64,000 nt of DNA from the human T2T-CHM13v2.0 reference genome, Homo sapiens: the NCBI RefSeq assembly GCF_009914755.1, contig NC_060929.1. One strand, given 5' to 3'. Position numbers and translations under genes: made by a program. How positions within the stretch are numbered: position 1 is the stretch's first letter; every line of letters starts with the position of its first letter. The notes under the pieces are model-generated. The model was given only the letters and a program-made list of their open reading frames with translations, made no database searches and was not told where the DNA came from. Positions 43,326 to 55,709 of the stretch are shown one piece after another.

Positions 43326-46182
43326 TTCTTTAACTTTTAAGTTCATGTTTGTTATACGAGTGAACTCATGCCATGAGGGGTTTGTTGTAGAGATTATGTC
43401 ATCAACCAGGTGTTACACCTAGTACCCATTAGTTATTTTTCCTGATCCTCTCCCTCCTCTTGCCATCCATCCTCAGGTAGGCCCCAATTACTGTTGCTTC
43501 TTTCTATGTGTCCATGAGTTCTCATTATTTAGCTTCCCCTTATACGTCAGAACACACAGTATTTGGTTTTCTGTTCCCGCATTAGTTTGCTAAAGATGAT
43601 GGCCTCCAGCTCCACAAATGCTCCTGCAAAGGACATGATCTCTTTCCTCTTTCTGGCTGCATAGTATTCCATGGTTACATATCACATTTTCTTTATCCAG
43701 TCTACCATTGATGGGTATTTGGGTTCATTCCATGTCTGTGCTATTGTGAATAGTGCTGCAAAGAACATACACATGGATGTCTCTTTACAATAGAACAATT
43801 TATATTCCTTTGGGTATATATCCACTAATGGGATAGCTGCTTTTAGCTCTTTGAGGAATCGCTATACTACCTTCCATATGGTTGAACTAATTTAAACTCT
43901 CATCAACAGTGTATAAATGTTCCTTTTTCTCCACAAACTCATCAGCATCTGTTCTTTTTTTTGACTTTTTAGTAATAGCAATTTTGAATGGTGTGAGATG
44001 GTATCCCATTGCAGTTTTGATTTGCATTTCTCTAATGATTAGTAATAATGAGCTTTTTTTCATATGCTTGTTGGATGTAAGTATGTCCTCTTCTGAAAAT
44101 TGTTTGTTCATATCCTTTGCCCACTTTTCAAAGTGGTTGTTTGTTTCTTGTAAATTTGTTTAAGTTCCTTCTAGATGCTGGATGTTAGACCTTTCTCAGA
44201 TGCATGGTTTGAAAACATTTTCTCCCATCCTGTAGATTGTCTGTTTACTCTGTTGATAGTTTATTTAGCTGTGCAGAAGCCCTGGAGTTTAATTAGCTCA
44301 CATTTGTCAATTTTTGTTTTTGTTGCAATTGCTTTTGGCATTTTCATCATAAAATTGCCCATTCTTATATCCAGAATGGTATTGCCTAGGTTTGTTTCCA
44401 GGGTTTTTATAGTTTTAGGTTCTACATTTAAGTCTTTAATCCATCTTGAGTTAATTTTTTATATGGCATAAGAAAGGGGTCCAGTTTCAATCTTCTGGAT
44501 ATGGCTAGCCAGTTATCTCAGCACCATTTATTCAAGAGGGAATCCTTCCCCCTTTGCTTGTTTTTGTCAGCTTTGTCAAAGATCAGATGGTTGTAGGTGT
44601 GCAGCCTTATTTCTGGGCTCCCTATTCTGTTCCATAGGACTATGTGTCTGTTTTTGTATGAGTAACATACTGTTTTGGTTACTGTAGCCCTATATCAAAG
44701 ATTGAAGTTGGGTAGCATGATGCCCCCGGCTTTGTTCTTTTTTCTTAGGATTGTCTTGGCTATTCGGGCTCTCTTTTGGTTCTATATGAATTTTAAAATG
44801 TTTTTTTCTGTGAAGAATCTCAATGGTAGTTTAATAGGAATAGCACTGAATCTACAAGTTGTTTTGGGTAGTATGGTTATTTTAACAATATTGATTCTTT
44901 CTATTTATGAGCATGGAATATTCTTCCATTTATTTGTGTCACCTCTAATTTCTTTGAGCAGTGGCTTATAGTTTCCTTGTAGAGATCTTTCACCTCCCTA
45001 GTTAGCTGTATTCCTAGGTATTTTATTCTTTTTGTGGCAATTGCAAATGGGAGTTTGTTCCTGATTTGGCTCTTGGCTTGACTGTTGTTGGTATATAGGA
45101 ATGCTAATGATTTTTGTGCATAGATTTTGTATCCTGAGATTTGCTGAAGTTGTTTATCAGCTGAAGGAGCATTTAGGTTGAGACAATGGGGTTTTCTAGA
45201 CATAGGATCATGTCACTGGCAAACAAGGATAGTTTGAATTCCTTTTTTCCTATTTGGATGGCTTATTTTTCTTTCTCTTGCCTGATTGCCCTGGCCAGGA
45301 CTTCCTATCACATATTGAATAGGAGTGGTGAGAGAGGGCATCTTTGTCTTGTGCCAGTTTTCAAAGGGAATGCTTCTAGCTTTTACTCATTCAGTATAAT
45401 GTTGGCTGTGTGTTTGTCGTATATGGTTCTTATTATTTTGAGGCATATTTCTTCAATACCTAGTTTATTGAGAGTTTTTGACATGAAGAATGTTGAATTT
45501 TATCAAAAGTTTTTTTCTGCATCTATTGAGGTAATCACGTGGTTTTTGTCTTTAGTTCTGTTTATGTGAAGAATCACATTTATTGATTTGCATATGTTGA
45601 ACCAACTTTGCATTCCAGGGATGAAGCCTACTTGATCGTGGTGGGTAAGCATTTTGATTTGCTGCTGGATTCAGTTTCCCAGTATTTTATTGAGGATTTT
45701 TGCATCAATGTTCACCAAGGATATTGGGATGAAGTTTTCTTTTTTTTGTTATATCTCTGCCAGGTTTCAGTAACAGGGTGATACTGACCTTGTGGAATGA
45801 GTTAGGGAGGAGTCCCTCCTTTTCAATTTTTTGGAATAGTTTCAGTAGGAATGGTACCAGTTCTTCTTTGTACATCTGGTAGGATTCAGCTGTGAATCCA
45901 GCTGGTCCTGAGCTTTTTTTTGGTTGGAAGGCTATTTATTACTGCTGCAACTTCAGAGCCTGTTATTGGTCTGTTCAGGGATTCAATTTCTTCCTAGTTC
46001 AGTCTTGGGAGGGTGTATGTGTCCAGGAATTTATCCATTCCTATTAGGTTTTCTAGCTTATGTGCATAGAGTTTTTCATATTATCTGATGGTTATTTGTA
46101 TTTTTGTGGGATCATTGGTAATATTTCCTTTGTTGTTTCTAATTGTGTTTATTTGGATCATCTCTCTTTTTTTCTTTGTTAG
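43326..46182 (-). mobile_element. L1PA (PA13-16-like) LINE-1, 5'-truncated
   Basis: Antisense 3'UTR CTAGTACCCATTAGTTATTTTTCCTGATCCTCTCCCTCC and ORF2 (minus-strand peptides MNKQFSEEDI..., [20 protein letters not shown]). Confidence 0.96.
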
Positions 46183-46447
46183 CACAGACAAGTCATTCTG
46201 AAGACATATGCTTAATTTTCTCTTAGGTGACTGCCTGAATGTACAACGACTGGGTCATATATAGTGCTAGGTGTACATTTGATTTTTTAAAGAAACTGCC
46301 AAACTCTTTTTCAAAGTGCTTTTACCATTTTATATTCCAACCAGTAGTGAAAGAGAGTTCCAGTCCAACATACTCTTGCTAACACTCTGCATAATCCTTT
46401 TAAAATTTTGCCTTTCAAGTGGGCATGCAGTGGTATCTCATTGTGGC
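46183..46447 (-). mobile_element. L1MC/MD-like continuation
   Basis: ACAAGTC...GACATATGC...AAGAAACTGCCAAACT...GTGGTATCTCATTGTGG continues the 42811-43255 element. Confidence 0.78.
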
Positions 46448-46469
46448 CACACATATAATCATACACAAA

Positions 46470-46880
46470 GTAGGAGAAGGAGACAAGAGAGAATGAAGCA
46501 GAAAAAAATATTTTTTAAAAAATTCTAAATTTGATGAAAAGCATTTATCTATTCACACAAAAATCTCAATGAACTCCAACTGGGATAAACACAAAGACAT
46601 CAACACCTAGACACATCATAATCAAACTGATGAAAGACAAAGATGAACAGAAAATTTTTAAAGCAGTGAATGAAAAACAAATCATAATGTGGAGGGAAAC
46701 AATATAATTAATACCTAACAACTCATCTAAAGCATGGAGGCCATAAGGCATTGAATTGATACGTTCAAAGTGCTAAAATAAAAAAAAATCTGATTGCCAG
46801 GGGTTTTATTCAGAAAAAACCATCTTTGAAACATAATGACATTCCAGAATAAACAAAATTTTCAGAATCCATTGCTAGAA
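46470..46880 (+). mobile_element. L1M ORF1 relic
   Basis: CTCAATGAACTCCAACTGGGATAAACACAAAGACATCAACACCTAGACACATCATAATCAAACTG. Confidence 0.8.
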
Positions 46881-48239
46881 AGGATAGAGGCAGGAGTTTG
46901 ACTCTTACAGTCTGATTTCACAGCCCATGTCCTTGGTTCTTAGCGCACATTGGTTCTCACTGAGCATTCAATGCCTAATGGTTTTCCCTCAGGGATGAAG
47001 TAAACTATCTGACTGTAACTTCTTCAAGTATAGCATTGGAACATAAAAGCCTAATCTTCTCATACTTCTAAAAGATGCTGTGAGCACTTCGCTTTCAAAC
47101 ATGTTTTTTAAGACTCTTCCTCCAAACCCAAACTCAAGCAAATACTTTTAAAACCAGCTGCTTTACATTAGACTGAAGATCCATTGAGCTCTCTGGAAAC
47201 TGTCTTATGTAATGACCTGTGTTTTTTTAATTAGATCTCAGTTGGGTCACCTATCATTGGAGATTACATAAAATTATTTCAAATACTCTATTCCATATTT
47301 TTGTGGAAAGTAAAATGTTCTTCTCATGATATCTGTGAATTTCAGGAGGTTTAAATTCTTAAAACTTTTTCTTGCACTGATGTACTACTGCTTTTGACTT
47401 ATTTATTTATTCCTATCCACAATGTGTGGCTGTTTTCTTCGCTTGCTACACAGGCCATAGAGCATGAGTATAGGTTTCCCAGGTCTCCACACACCACCAA
47501 GGTACACTATTCATTTGTGCATGGCAGGTTTTAATAAAGGTGTGGTATAATAGAAGAGAAATGGTATTTGTGCACTTAAAAATATTTTAGCCATAGCCAA
47601 CAGGGTTCTGGAGTTATGCACAACAATCTCTGTTCCACAGTCAAGTTGTTAATCATCTCCCTTTCATTTTTCTTGTATTTTCAAAGCTCATCTCCTTTAT
47701 TACTAGTGTCTTCTTAATTGTGAACAGTGAGAGTATCATTCTGTTTTGCTGTCTCCTTTCAAAGCATGTGCTTGTGTCTGCTTATTCAGGTATTCTCTCA
47801 AAGGCCCATATTGTGTAGAAAGAAACAATGCCATTTCCAAGGAGTCAGAAGCAGCAGCTATTATTTGTGATTTTAAAATAGCAATTATTGATGCTACACT
47901 TTAAAATGTGGTGCATTTCACTTCCTGTCCATTTGTTATATGCAATAGACAAATATCTTTATATTTGTCATTATTTTTATGTGACCTCCTAGCTTTCATC
48001 AGAGTAAGCGTATTTTAGAAAACATGTTTCTGTGGCCAGGTTATGTACCAGGTGCTGGAACATCTAGGTTCATGGCCAGTTAGTATTGCCACTTAAACTG
48101 AGTTTCATACCTGTGACCTACAGATAGCAATGGTTCAAAGAAAGTTTGTTTTGTTTCTCAAACATGCAAACTAATGTGATTTATTGAATATGTATTTTAA
48201 ACATTAAAATGTCATCTAGGTATTAAGTATTGCTATATT

Positions 48240-48360
48240 TTCCATTCATTCTTTTATTTTAAAATATTTAATGAGTGCATGTAATGTTGCAGTGACCTTA
48301 TCGGTACTGGGAATGAATACAAAGAAAAGTTCTTACCCTCATGGGCCTTATATTTCTCAC
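48240..48360 (-). mobile_element. L2 3' end
   Basis: CATTCATTC...AAATATTTAATGAGTGC...GGTACTGGGAAT...TACCCTCATGGGCCTTATATT. Confidence 0.6.
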
Positions 48361-50137
48361 ATGTTTAGGAGAAAGTTTTTTAGGTAAAATATATGGTTAT
48401 TATGTTTTCTCCTCTTCTGAGCAAAAACATTGACTACTGAACTTCATTCCTTCTATGAGATTTTATCTAGTCGGTAAATCCTACAGATTTCAGATAAAAG
48501 TTGATATAACATTGAAAAAACACCTTATTTAACATTCCAACAATAAGGACATCCACAGAATGCAGGAGACAACAGCACATTGTTTAACTCCACTAGTCCT
48601 AGGAAAGAAAGAATGATGACGTGAATTATGTATAGGTTTTTGTCTCTGAGATTTTCCCTTCAAATGTATTCCTTTTAAAGACATTCCATTTATTAATGAT
48701 CATAGAAATGGAAATTTCAAAGCAGGGAACTAAGATTGTAAAACTGAGAGATACAAATTGCCTTATAACGAATCAGAACCAAATCTTTAAGCCAAAAGAT
48801 ATAAACACTATCTTTATGACTTATATTCCCACGAAATGCCAGCACTACATATTTATTACATTGGGACTTCAAAATTACAGCTTGTGCTAACTTCCCAAAT
48901 GATCCCAGAAAATCTTCATTCCAGTTTACATTAAGAAAGGATAGTTTATGAATGAGAAGCCAGAGAATATGATTCTGTTCAACCTATGGCACTGATGCTA
49001 TTATCTCTCACATAAATCAGATGACAGCTTCTTCATTAGCAACCACGGAGTCAATATTTAAAGCTCTTTAATTCTTAGGCCCATGGAGATAACACTAGCC
49101 TTCCTATGATCCTTATGATAGTGGAAATAAGATACACATAATTCAGTTGCCACTGCAAGAACCATTAGCAACTAGGCAAATTGTGACATTTGGACTGTTG
49201 TTGAAGATAGAAAAGTAAATTCTTCGTGCTTTGGCTTGAGAAAAACTGAATGCAGCAAAGGAAATGAAAACAGAGAAAAAAATAAACATTGCCTATGAAA
49301 TTAGGAGAAAGCCACACTTCCAAACCATAATCTGTGAAACACTGTTGTCAAAGGGAATTAAAGATAAATAAAGTTAGAGAAGAGCAATCACATGCATCTG
49401 CAGATAAAAATCAATATGCAGAATTCTCCAAGAGGTGAAAGCACAATTTAAATATCTGAGTCGTGATTCCTTCCTTGTAACAATAATATCTAAATGTGCC
49501 AACAAAATGTAATTCAGGTTACCCTTTATAAGAGGTAAGCAAGTCAGGTCTTAAAAACAACACATGCACACACACACACATACCCCCTCACTGCAATGAT
49601 CAGACTGTTAGTAAAGTCATATGGTGAGTAAATGGGAAATGGCAATTAGCTCTGCAGCTGAAATTGGTCCACTGAGAAGAAGCAAACATTAAAACACTCC
49701 ACAAAGTGCCTGTGGTATTCAAGGCTTCCCTGGAAGCCAGGCACACCTCCTGCTGGATCATGGAAGACCATTTTCCCAGAGTGGGGTGTTAATGAAATAG
49801 GCTAACTTCTATTAAACCAAAACTTTCTACCTCATGGAATTGAGTACCAGTTGTTCACAGAAACAACCCACCCACTAACACACCCACTCCCTGGAATACA
49901 GCCTTATGGATTCAGTCCTGGTAAAATACCACAGCCAAGAGATGTGTGCTTCCTGATTCTGGGCTCACCATTCTTGGATTGAACCAGCAGGCCTCATCTA
50001 CTGCTTTATGCGTTTGATGTTCTGTTCCAAAGTCAACTTTTAACTACTTCCAAAGTTTCTGTAGCTTCCTGAGGCTGCAGATCCCTCCATCAGAGAACAT
50101 AGCTCTTTTGGGGGAAAAATTCATAAACAGTATCATT

Positions 50138-50235
50138 TTGACCACATAATATGAAATTAAATCAGTTTTATTTTCCCATTAACCATTATTGACCACATAA
50201 TATGAAAATAAATCAGTTTTATTTTCCCCTTAACC
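50138..50235. repeat. Two-copy tandem duplication, period 51 bp
   Basis: TTGACCACATAATATGAAATTAAATCAGTTTTATTTTCCCATTAACC at 50138-50184 repeated at 50189-50235 with 2 mismatches. Confidence 0.95.
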
Positions 50236-50357
50236 CTTTTATCTCATCTATTTACAATGATCTTCATTTCCTCAAGATCCATATTCCCCAATCAAGCTTA
50301 TTATTCTCTCTGGTTTTCCGCCTTGAACATTGCCCTCATATTTTCCTTTTGGGACCC

Positions 50358-50830
50358 CCTGCTGGTTTCCTATGGCTGCTGTAACAAATTAACACACATT
50401 AATGGCATAAAACAACAGAAATTTATTCTCTCACAGTCCTGGAGGTCAGAGGTCTAAAATCGGTTCCACTGAGTTAAAATCAAGGTGTCATGAGAACCAC
50501 AAGCCCTCCATAGGCTCTAGAGGAGAATCTTTTCCTTGCCTTTTTCAGCTTCTGATGGTTGCCAACATTCCTTGGTTTGTAGCCACATCACTGCAATATC
50601 TGCCTCTGTCTTAAAATAGCCATCTCTGTGTCTGTTTCAAGTCTCCCTCTGCCTCCCTTTTATAAGGATGCATGTGATGGTACTTAGTGTCCACCCAAAT
50701 AATCCAAGATAATCTCCCTATCTCTAGATTCTTAACTTAATCACATCAGCAAAGACTGTTTTCCTATAACAGTCACAGCTTCTAGGGATTAAGACTTGAT
50801 ACCTTTGGGGCCACCATTCAGTCTACTACA
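50358..50830 (-). mobile_element. MLT1C-like MaLR LTR
   Basis: TTTCCTATGGCTGCTGTAACAAATT...AAACAACAGAAATTTATTCTCTCACAG...AACTTAATCACATC...CATTCAGTCTACTACA. Confidence 0.9.
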
Positions 50831-51631
50831 GAGCCTACAGGTCTAAATCTAAGTTCATTGGTCAAATGTCAGGCAAAGTGTTAGTCTTTATCTCTGCTTT
50901 AAATCTTATATACTTGATAAATTAACATACTCCAAATTCAATCCAGTATGGTATTCACGGAAGAATTTGCCCATTGTTGAAAAAAATCCTTTCCACCACC
51001 AACTCCATGGAAAATTATACCCAGAGATCTAGACTTTCAACAGCCAACATTTTAAACCAGACTTAGTGTGGTCATGCTAGACTTCCTTTTACTTCACATC
51101 ATGTGCCCTAAGCCTTCACTTAGATTTTTGACTCTATAAATGTCCTGGTCATGCTTATCTACCTAAAGTAACTACTATAATAAAATACATTGTATAAAGC
51201 AGCATCTATTCTTAATTAATCTTCTTGGCCTTCTCTTTTAACTCTGTTAAAATTGTGTGCTGACACTACTTACAGCTATATGTAAACTGTCTTTAAGGGA
51301 TTTTTTCCAATAGCTCATGTCAGTGACTTCCTATTTAAATCTTTATGGTGCTGGCTTTCAAAGGTTTCTTGAACCTGATTTCTTTTGGTGGTAACAATTT
51401 AATAGATTCTGGATACAAGTTTAACTTTTGCAATATGTTCTCTTTTTTCTTTTTAATAAGGAATAAATTTGATCTCTAAGACCTTAAGTCCCCTCTTAGT
51501 CATCTCCTTTTCTACTTTTGTCACCAGGTAATCCTCCAGTTTGCTCTTGTATCTCTCTGAAGTTAAACTGCCCCCTGACACTAGTTCTTAATTCATGTTA
51601 AATACCGTCCTGTTGCCAAACATCTTAGTAT

Positions 51632-51803
51632 CTTGCTAATCAAAGTGTCATCTTTGGGTTGACAAACTTAGTATAACATGGGCATCTGCTAGAAATGAAA
51701 AATTTCAGATCTATTGAATTAGATCTACTGAATTAGGACCTGAATCTCAGCAAGATCTCCAGGTGATCTCAATAAAATTTACATTAAAGTCTAAAAAGTG
51801 CTT
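51632..51803. mobile_element. MER5 (A/B-like) DNA transposon
   Basis: GCTAATCAAAGTGT...TGCTAGAAATGAAAAAT...CTACTGAATTAG...CAAGATCTCCAGGTGAT...ACATTAAAGT. Confidence 0.75.
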
Positions 51804-52964
51804 TCCTAACCAACACAATTCTAATGTCACATTTAAATGGACAATCTATAAGTTTAATAATTGTTTTTCTATTTACATTTGTAATAATTTCATTCGGATT
51901 TTTTTTTTCTCCATCTCAGTCCAGTTGGCAGTCACCAATTACACCAATCCCCAAATTATTTATCTTAATTTAAGGAAGAAAGACAATAATGGGGTAAAGA
52001 TACTAGTAGTTTCCTTCTAATACTCCAGAGATTGGGAGGAAAATGATTTTGAAGGATTCCAACTTTCATATTGAATAAGTAAATTAATATAAAATCTATA
52101 GCAGATGATGGATTTGTAATAAAAATATGTAAGTACATTAAAAACCAGCTACTTATTGAGACACCATGAACATATACAGCAAATGTCAGTTTAGTAACAT
52201 ATTCACTCATTGTTTTCTCATATTCTTAAATGACTACATCACTGTATCTTCTGTTTTAGTTATTAGCTCCAAAGTATTTTTAAAATAAATTACCAAAGCT
52301 TGATTAATAAATGGATATAATTCTCAGTTGCATTAAAATATTGTCTGGGACTTTTCTTTAAAAATGTCTCCAAGGACTTTGTTTACAAATAGACTATAAG
52401 AGTCTGTCATCAGTAGAACATTACAAACCATCTTATTCTCAAATAAGTGAACAAGAAAACAAACTCTATATTATTATAACATTTGAGAGAAAGCACCTGT
52501 GGTTTGTACCTGATCTTATCTTTTCCCATGCTGTTTAAGTCAACATCAGTTGCTCTAAACAGAATAGAGATGGGAAAAGAGATGGAAACTGCAAGCATTT
52601 TTAGAGACCCCACTGAGATTATAATGTTTTATTTCTTCTCCATGCAAAAACTTTGTATGTTCCAGTAGCATTTTTAGTCAGAGTTGGTGAGTCTGAATCA
52701 GAAAAAAAAGAGTTGAAAAGAGTTGAAAATATTCTGCAAGACTTGCTTGTAACTCATAAATAATGGGCTAACCATTAACACCTATAAGCATATGTTTGAT
52801 TTTTTTAAATGGTGACTAAGGCTGAGAAGTTAATCCCACTTTTCTATCTTTATCTTATTTTAAAATTATTTTTACTCCTACATAGTAGGAGGTGAAGTTT
52901 TCATGTGACCATCTAGTATTAAATCCTTTAAAAATACACTTTACATTATTTATATTCTATAGAA

Positions 52965-53145
52965 ATAATTTCTAACATTGAGTGTTTACTGTGGGCCAAA
53001 CACCTTTTAATATATTCTCCTTATAACTTTATGAGTTGTAGGTTATGTCACCGACTTTCTTTTATAAATGATGGAACTGAAGGAGAGAGATTATATCACT
53101 TGACAGTAAGTGACTAAGTGGAATTCAATCTCAGGCAGTATAACA
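52965..53145 (-). mobile_element. MIR
   Basis: ATTGAGTGTTTACTGTGGGCCAAACAC...TTTTATAAATGATGGAACTGAAG...GGAATTCAATCTCAGGCAGT. Confidence 0.65.
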
Positions 53146-53209
53146 TATGCTAATTATTTAAAATAAACTCAAATAAAACAGAAGAGTGTAGTAAACAAAA
53201 GATCTTCTT

Positions 53210-53910
53210 AAATTATTTGAAGCAATAAGTCTCCCAGCATTTTCTGAGGGGATGTATGTGTGGGTTAGGGCATGACTTCAGTGTTCTGGCAGGCAGTCAG
53301 TAACTCTGCCTTAGCCTTCATGTCCTGTTTATGCAGAGTCTCAAAATCAAAGGTGAGAGGAGAGATAAGGTCTTCTCAGGCCTTTCCTAGGCATGTACAC
53401 AGTCCTACACATGTGCATAACCTTCTGCATTCTCCGAAATATGTTACAAGTTCCTACAGACTTCTTACTCCCCAGGGTTTTTTTTAAGTTTTTGTTTGTT
53501 TGTTTGTTTGTATTTTTAAATTTGTCCAGCATCCTGTTAGCTGTAATGGGTAAACTGTGTCAGGCAGCTGTGATGCTACAGAATGACCACTGACTTTTTT
53601 GAGAAATGTCCTGGTGATAGGGCTTTTGCATGGAGTGAGCTCTTAGGTCAAATCAAGACATGAAGAGAATCCCAGAGAACAAAACAACTCAGGTAGCTTC
53701 CAGGTAGGTAAAATGCTCATAATTTTCTGAGGATGGGACTTTTGTAAAGTTGTATTCCAGTTCTGCCTCCTAGAGTGGTAGCTAGACTGATGGTTTTCAT
53801 AGCTATAAGAGTTGCAAGGCTGTTGGTTTTTTAGGCTACCTCAGAGCTGGAAAAGGGGGATGGGAATAAGGAAAGTTAAAATGCTACAAAACTTGCTGTT
53901 CTTACCATTC
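53210..53910 (-). mobile_element. L1M (L1M4/MB/MC-like) 5'UTR relic
   Basis: CAATAAGTCTCCCAG...AACTCTGCCTTAGCCTTCA...CTTCTCAGGCCTTTCCTAGGCATGTACACAG. Confidence 0.65.
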
Positions 53911-54316
53911 TCAAACTGATTGATCTTTAGGTAGTCACCAAGTTTTCAGCATATTGCTATCTGAACTATTCTCATAGTTTTATCTTGGTACATGCTCTGT
54001 CAGATAGTTGGTAAAGTTATTGAGTCAAAATTTTTTACATACTAGCTATTGAAAAATACTACTAATTACCTTCTAAATGTGTCCCCTCATCCTTGAATGT
54101 CAACTTTACCAGTAATTATTATATTGCCCTTATTTTTACTTGAATGAAAATTTTATGAGCCAATCATTGAGTACATAAACAAAGGTAAACACCTCATGAT
54201 AATGGACTAGACCCCTAAGAAAAACTGTGTTGTGAGAAATAACATTTAAAATAACATAATTCAATGATCCTGTGTTTACATTTTGAGCACTTTTTTATCA
54301 CTCTGATTTTTTAAAG

Positions 54317-54368
54317 TATATATATATGTATATATATAAATACACATATATATATATACATATATATG
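54317..54368. repeat. Imperfect (TA)n microsatellite
   Basis: Directly visible. Confidence 0.9.
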
Positions 54369-54474
54369 ACTTTTAGAGTTTCTACTTTCAAAAATAAATT
54401 TGTTAAAGCTTAGGTAATTAGCTACTCAAAAAAAACAAGCTGATGCATTCCAACTAGTAAGGCTGATAGAAGTA

Positions 54475-54740
54475 TGGAAATGGTTCTTAAGAGTTTCACC
54501 TTTGGATTCAAATATGGCAAACTCCTTAGATTTGAAACCTACCTCAATCACTGCTAGTTGTACAGCAGAAAGCATGTATGGTACTTAACCTCTTTATTTC
54601 TCTGTGCGTTCAATGTCAGTAGGGATGATTATAGTGACAAACTCATAGGGTTGATCTGATAAGAACAGAATATATGCAAAGTAATTAGAATAGCGCCTGC
54701 CCTATAGTAAACATAAAATAAATGTTCATTTTACTGTTGT
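54475..54740 (+). mobile_element. MIR
   Basis: TACTTAACCTCT...CTCATAGGGTTG...ATATGCAAAGTAATTAGAATAGCGCCTGCCCTATAGTAAAC..AATAAATGTT. Confidence 0.7.
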
Positions 54741-54796
54741 TACATGTAACTCCTATGGTATTTGCATTGAAATCACTTTATACCAATAAACTAGAT

Positions 54797-55020
54797 AAGG
54801 GATCAACAGACTATATGTTCTGTGGGGAAAATCTGGTCCCAAGCCTGCTTTTGTAAATAAAATTTATTTGGAATATAGCCATTTCCATATGTTTATGAAT
54901 TGTCTATGACTGCTTTTGTGCTATAAGGTAACTATTAAACAGTTGCAAAAGAGATTAGGCAAATATCAAAGCCTAAAATATTTGCCATCTGGCCTTTAAC
55001 AAAAAAGTTGCTAATCCTTC
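54797..55020 (+). mobile_element. MER58A DNA transposon
   Basis: AAATCTGGTCCCAAGCCTGCTTTTGTAAATAAAATTTATTTGGAA...TGTCTATGACTGCTTT...AAAGCCTAAAATATTT..ATCTGGCCTTT. Confidence 0.85.
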
Positions 55021-55499
55021 AATTATATCACCCAGTAGAATCATAGAAATCATATTGCTGGACTCTGAGCTTCCATTGGGTACTTGTGAGATAAAGGAGC
55101 ATGGCCAGGAGGGCCAGTATACATTCTTCATTGGAAGTCTTAACATGGCAATACCATCAAGGTGGGGTCCTCAATTCTGAAAACTCATGAGCTTGATTTT
55201 TATATGGCATTCAGAATATTCTGAATGATATATTGGGAATAATCACACCAAGTTCTCAAGAGACTGATAATTAAAACAGAATATGAGGAAATTAATTTGT
55301 AATAAATATTGGCTAAGTAAAGCAGGTTCTGTTCTTTCTTATATAGCAGCTTACTTGGGAAGATTAACAAAATTAATACAAAAAGTATGAAGAACCCAGA
55401 AACCAGGGAAGAAGCTGGAAAAAGTTTTCAAAGATATAACTCTGAACTAAGCAAGTTTTTTTCTCAATCTTTACATTGAGTGGTTATTAATCTTAAGAC

Positions 55500-55709
55500 T
55501 GTTAAAGAGGAAAAAATGAAAACTAAAAATCTAAAACAAATACTAGTAAATTGAACAAAACAGTATGCTAAAATAAGAGTTGACCAAGATTAGATACTTC
55601 CTTTCCAGGGAATCAAGAAATGTTGAATATTCAGAAAGCTATTTAAGGCACATGACTATATCAAAGAAGAAAATTACAGTTATCTTAATAGATGTCAAAA
55701 ATGTTTAAC
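55500..55709 (+). mobile_element. Old L1M ORF2 relic (host of the L1PA8 insertion)
   Basis: AATACTAGTAAATTGAA...TTCCAGGGAATCAAGAAATGTTGAATATTCAGAAA...ATCTTAATAGATG. Confidence 0.6.
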
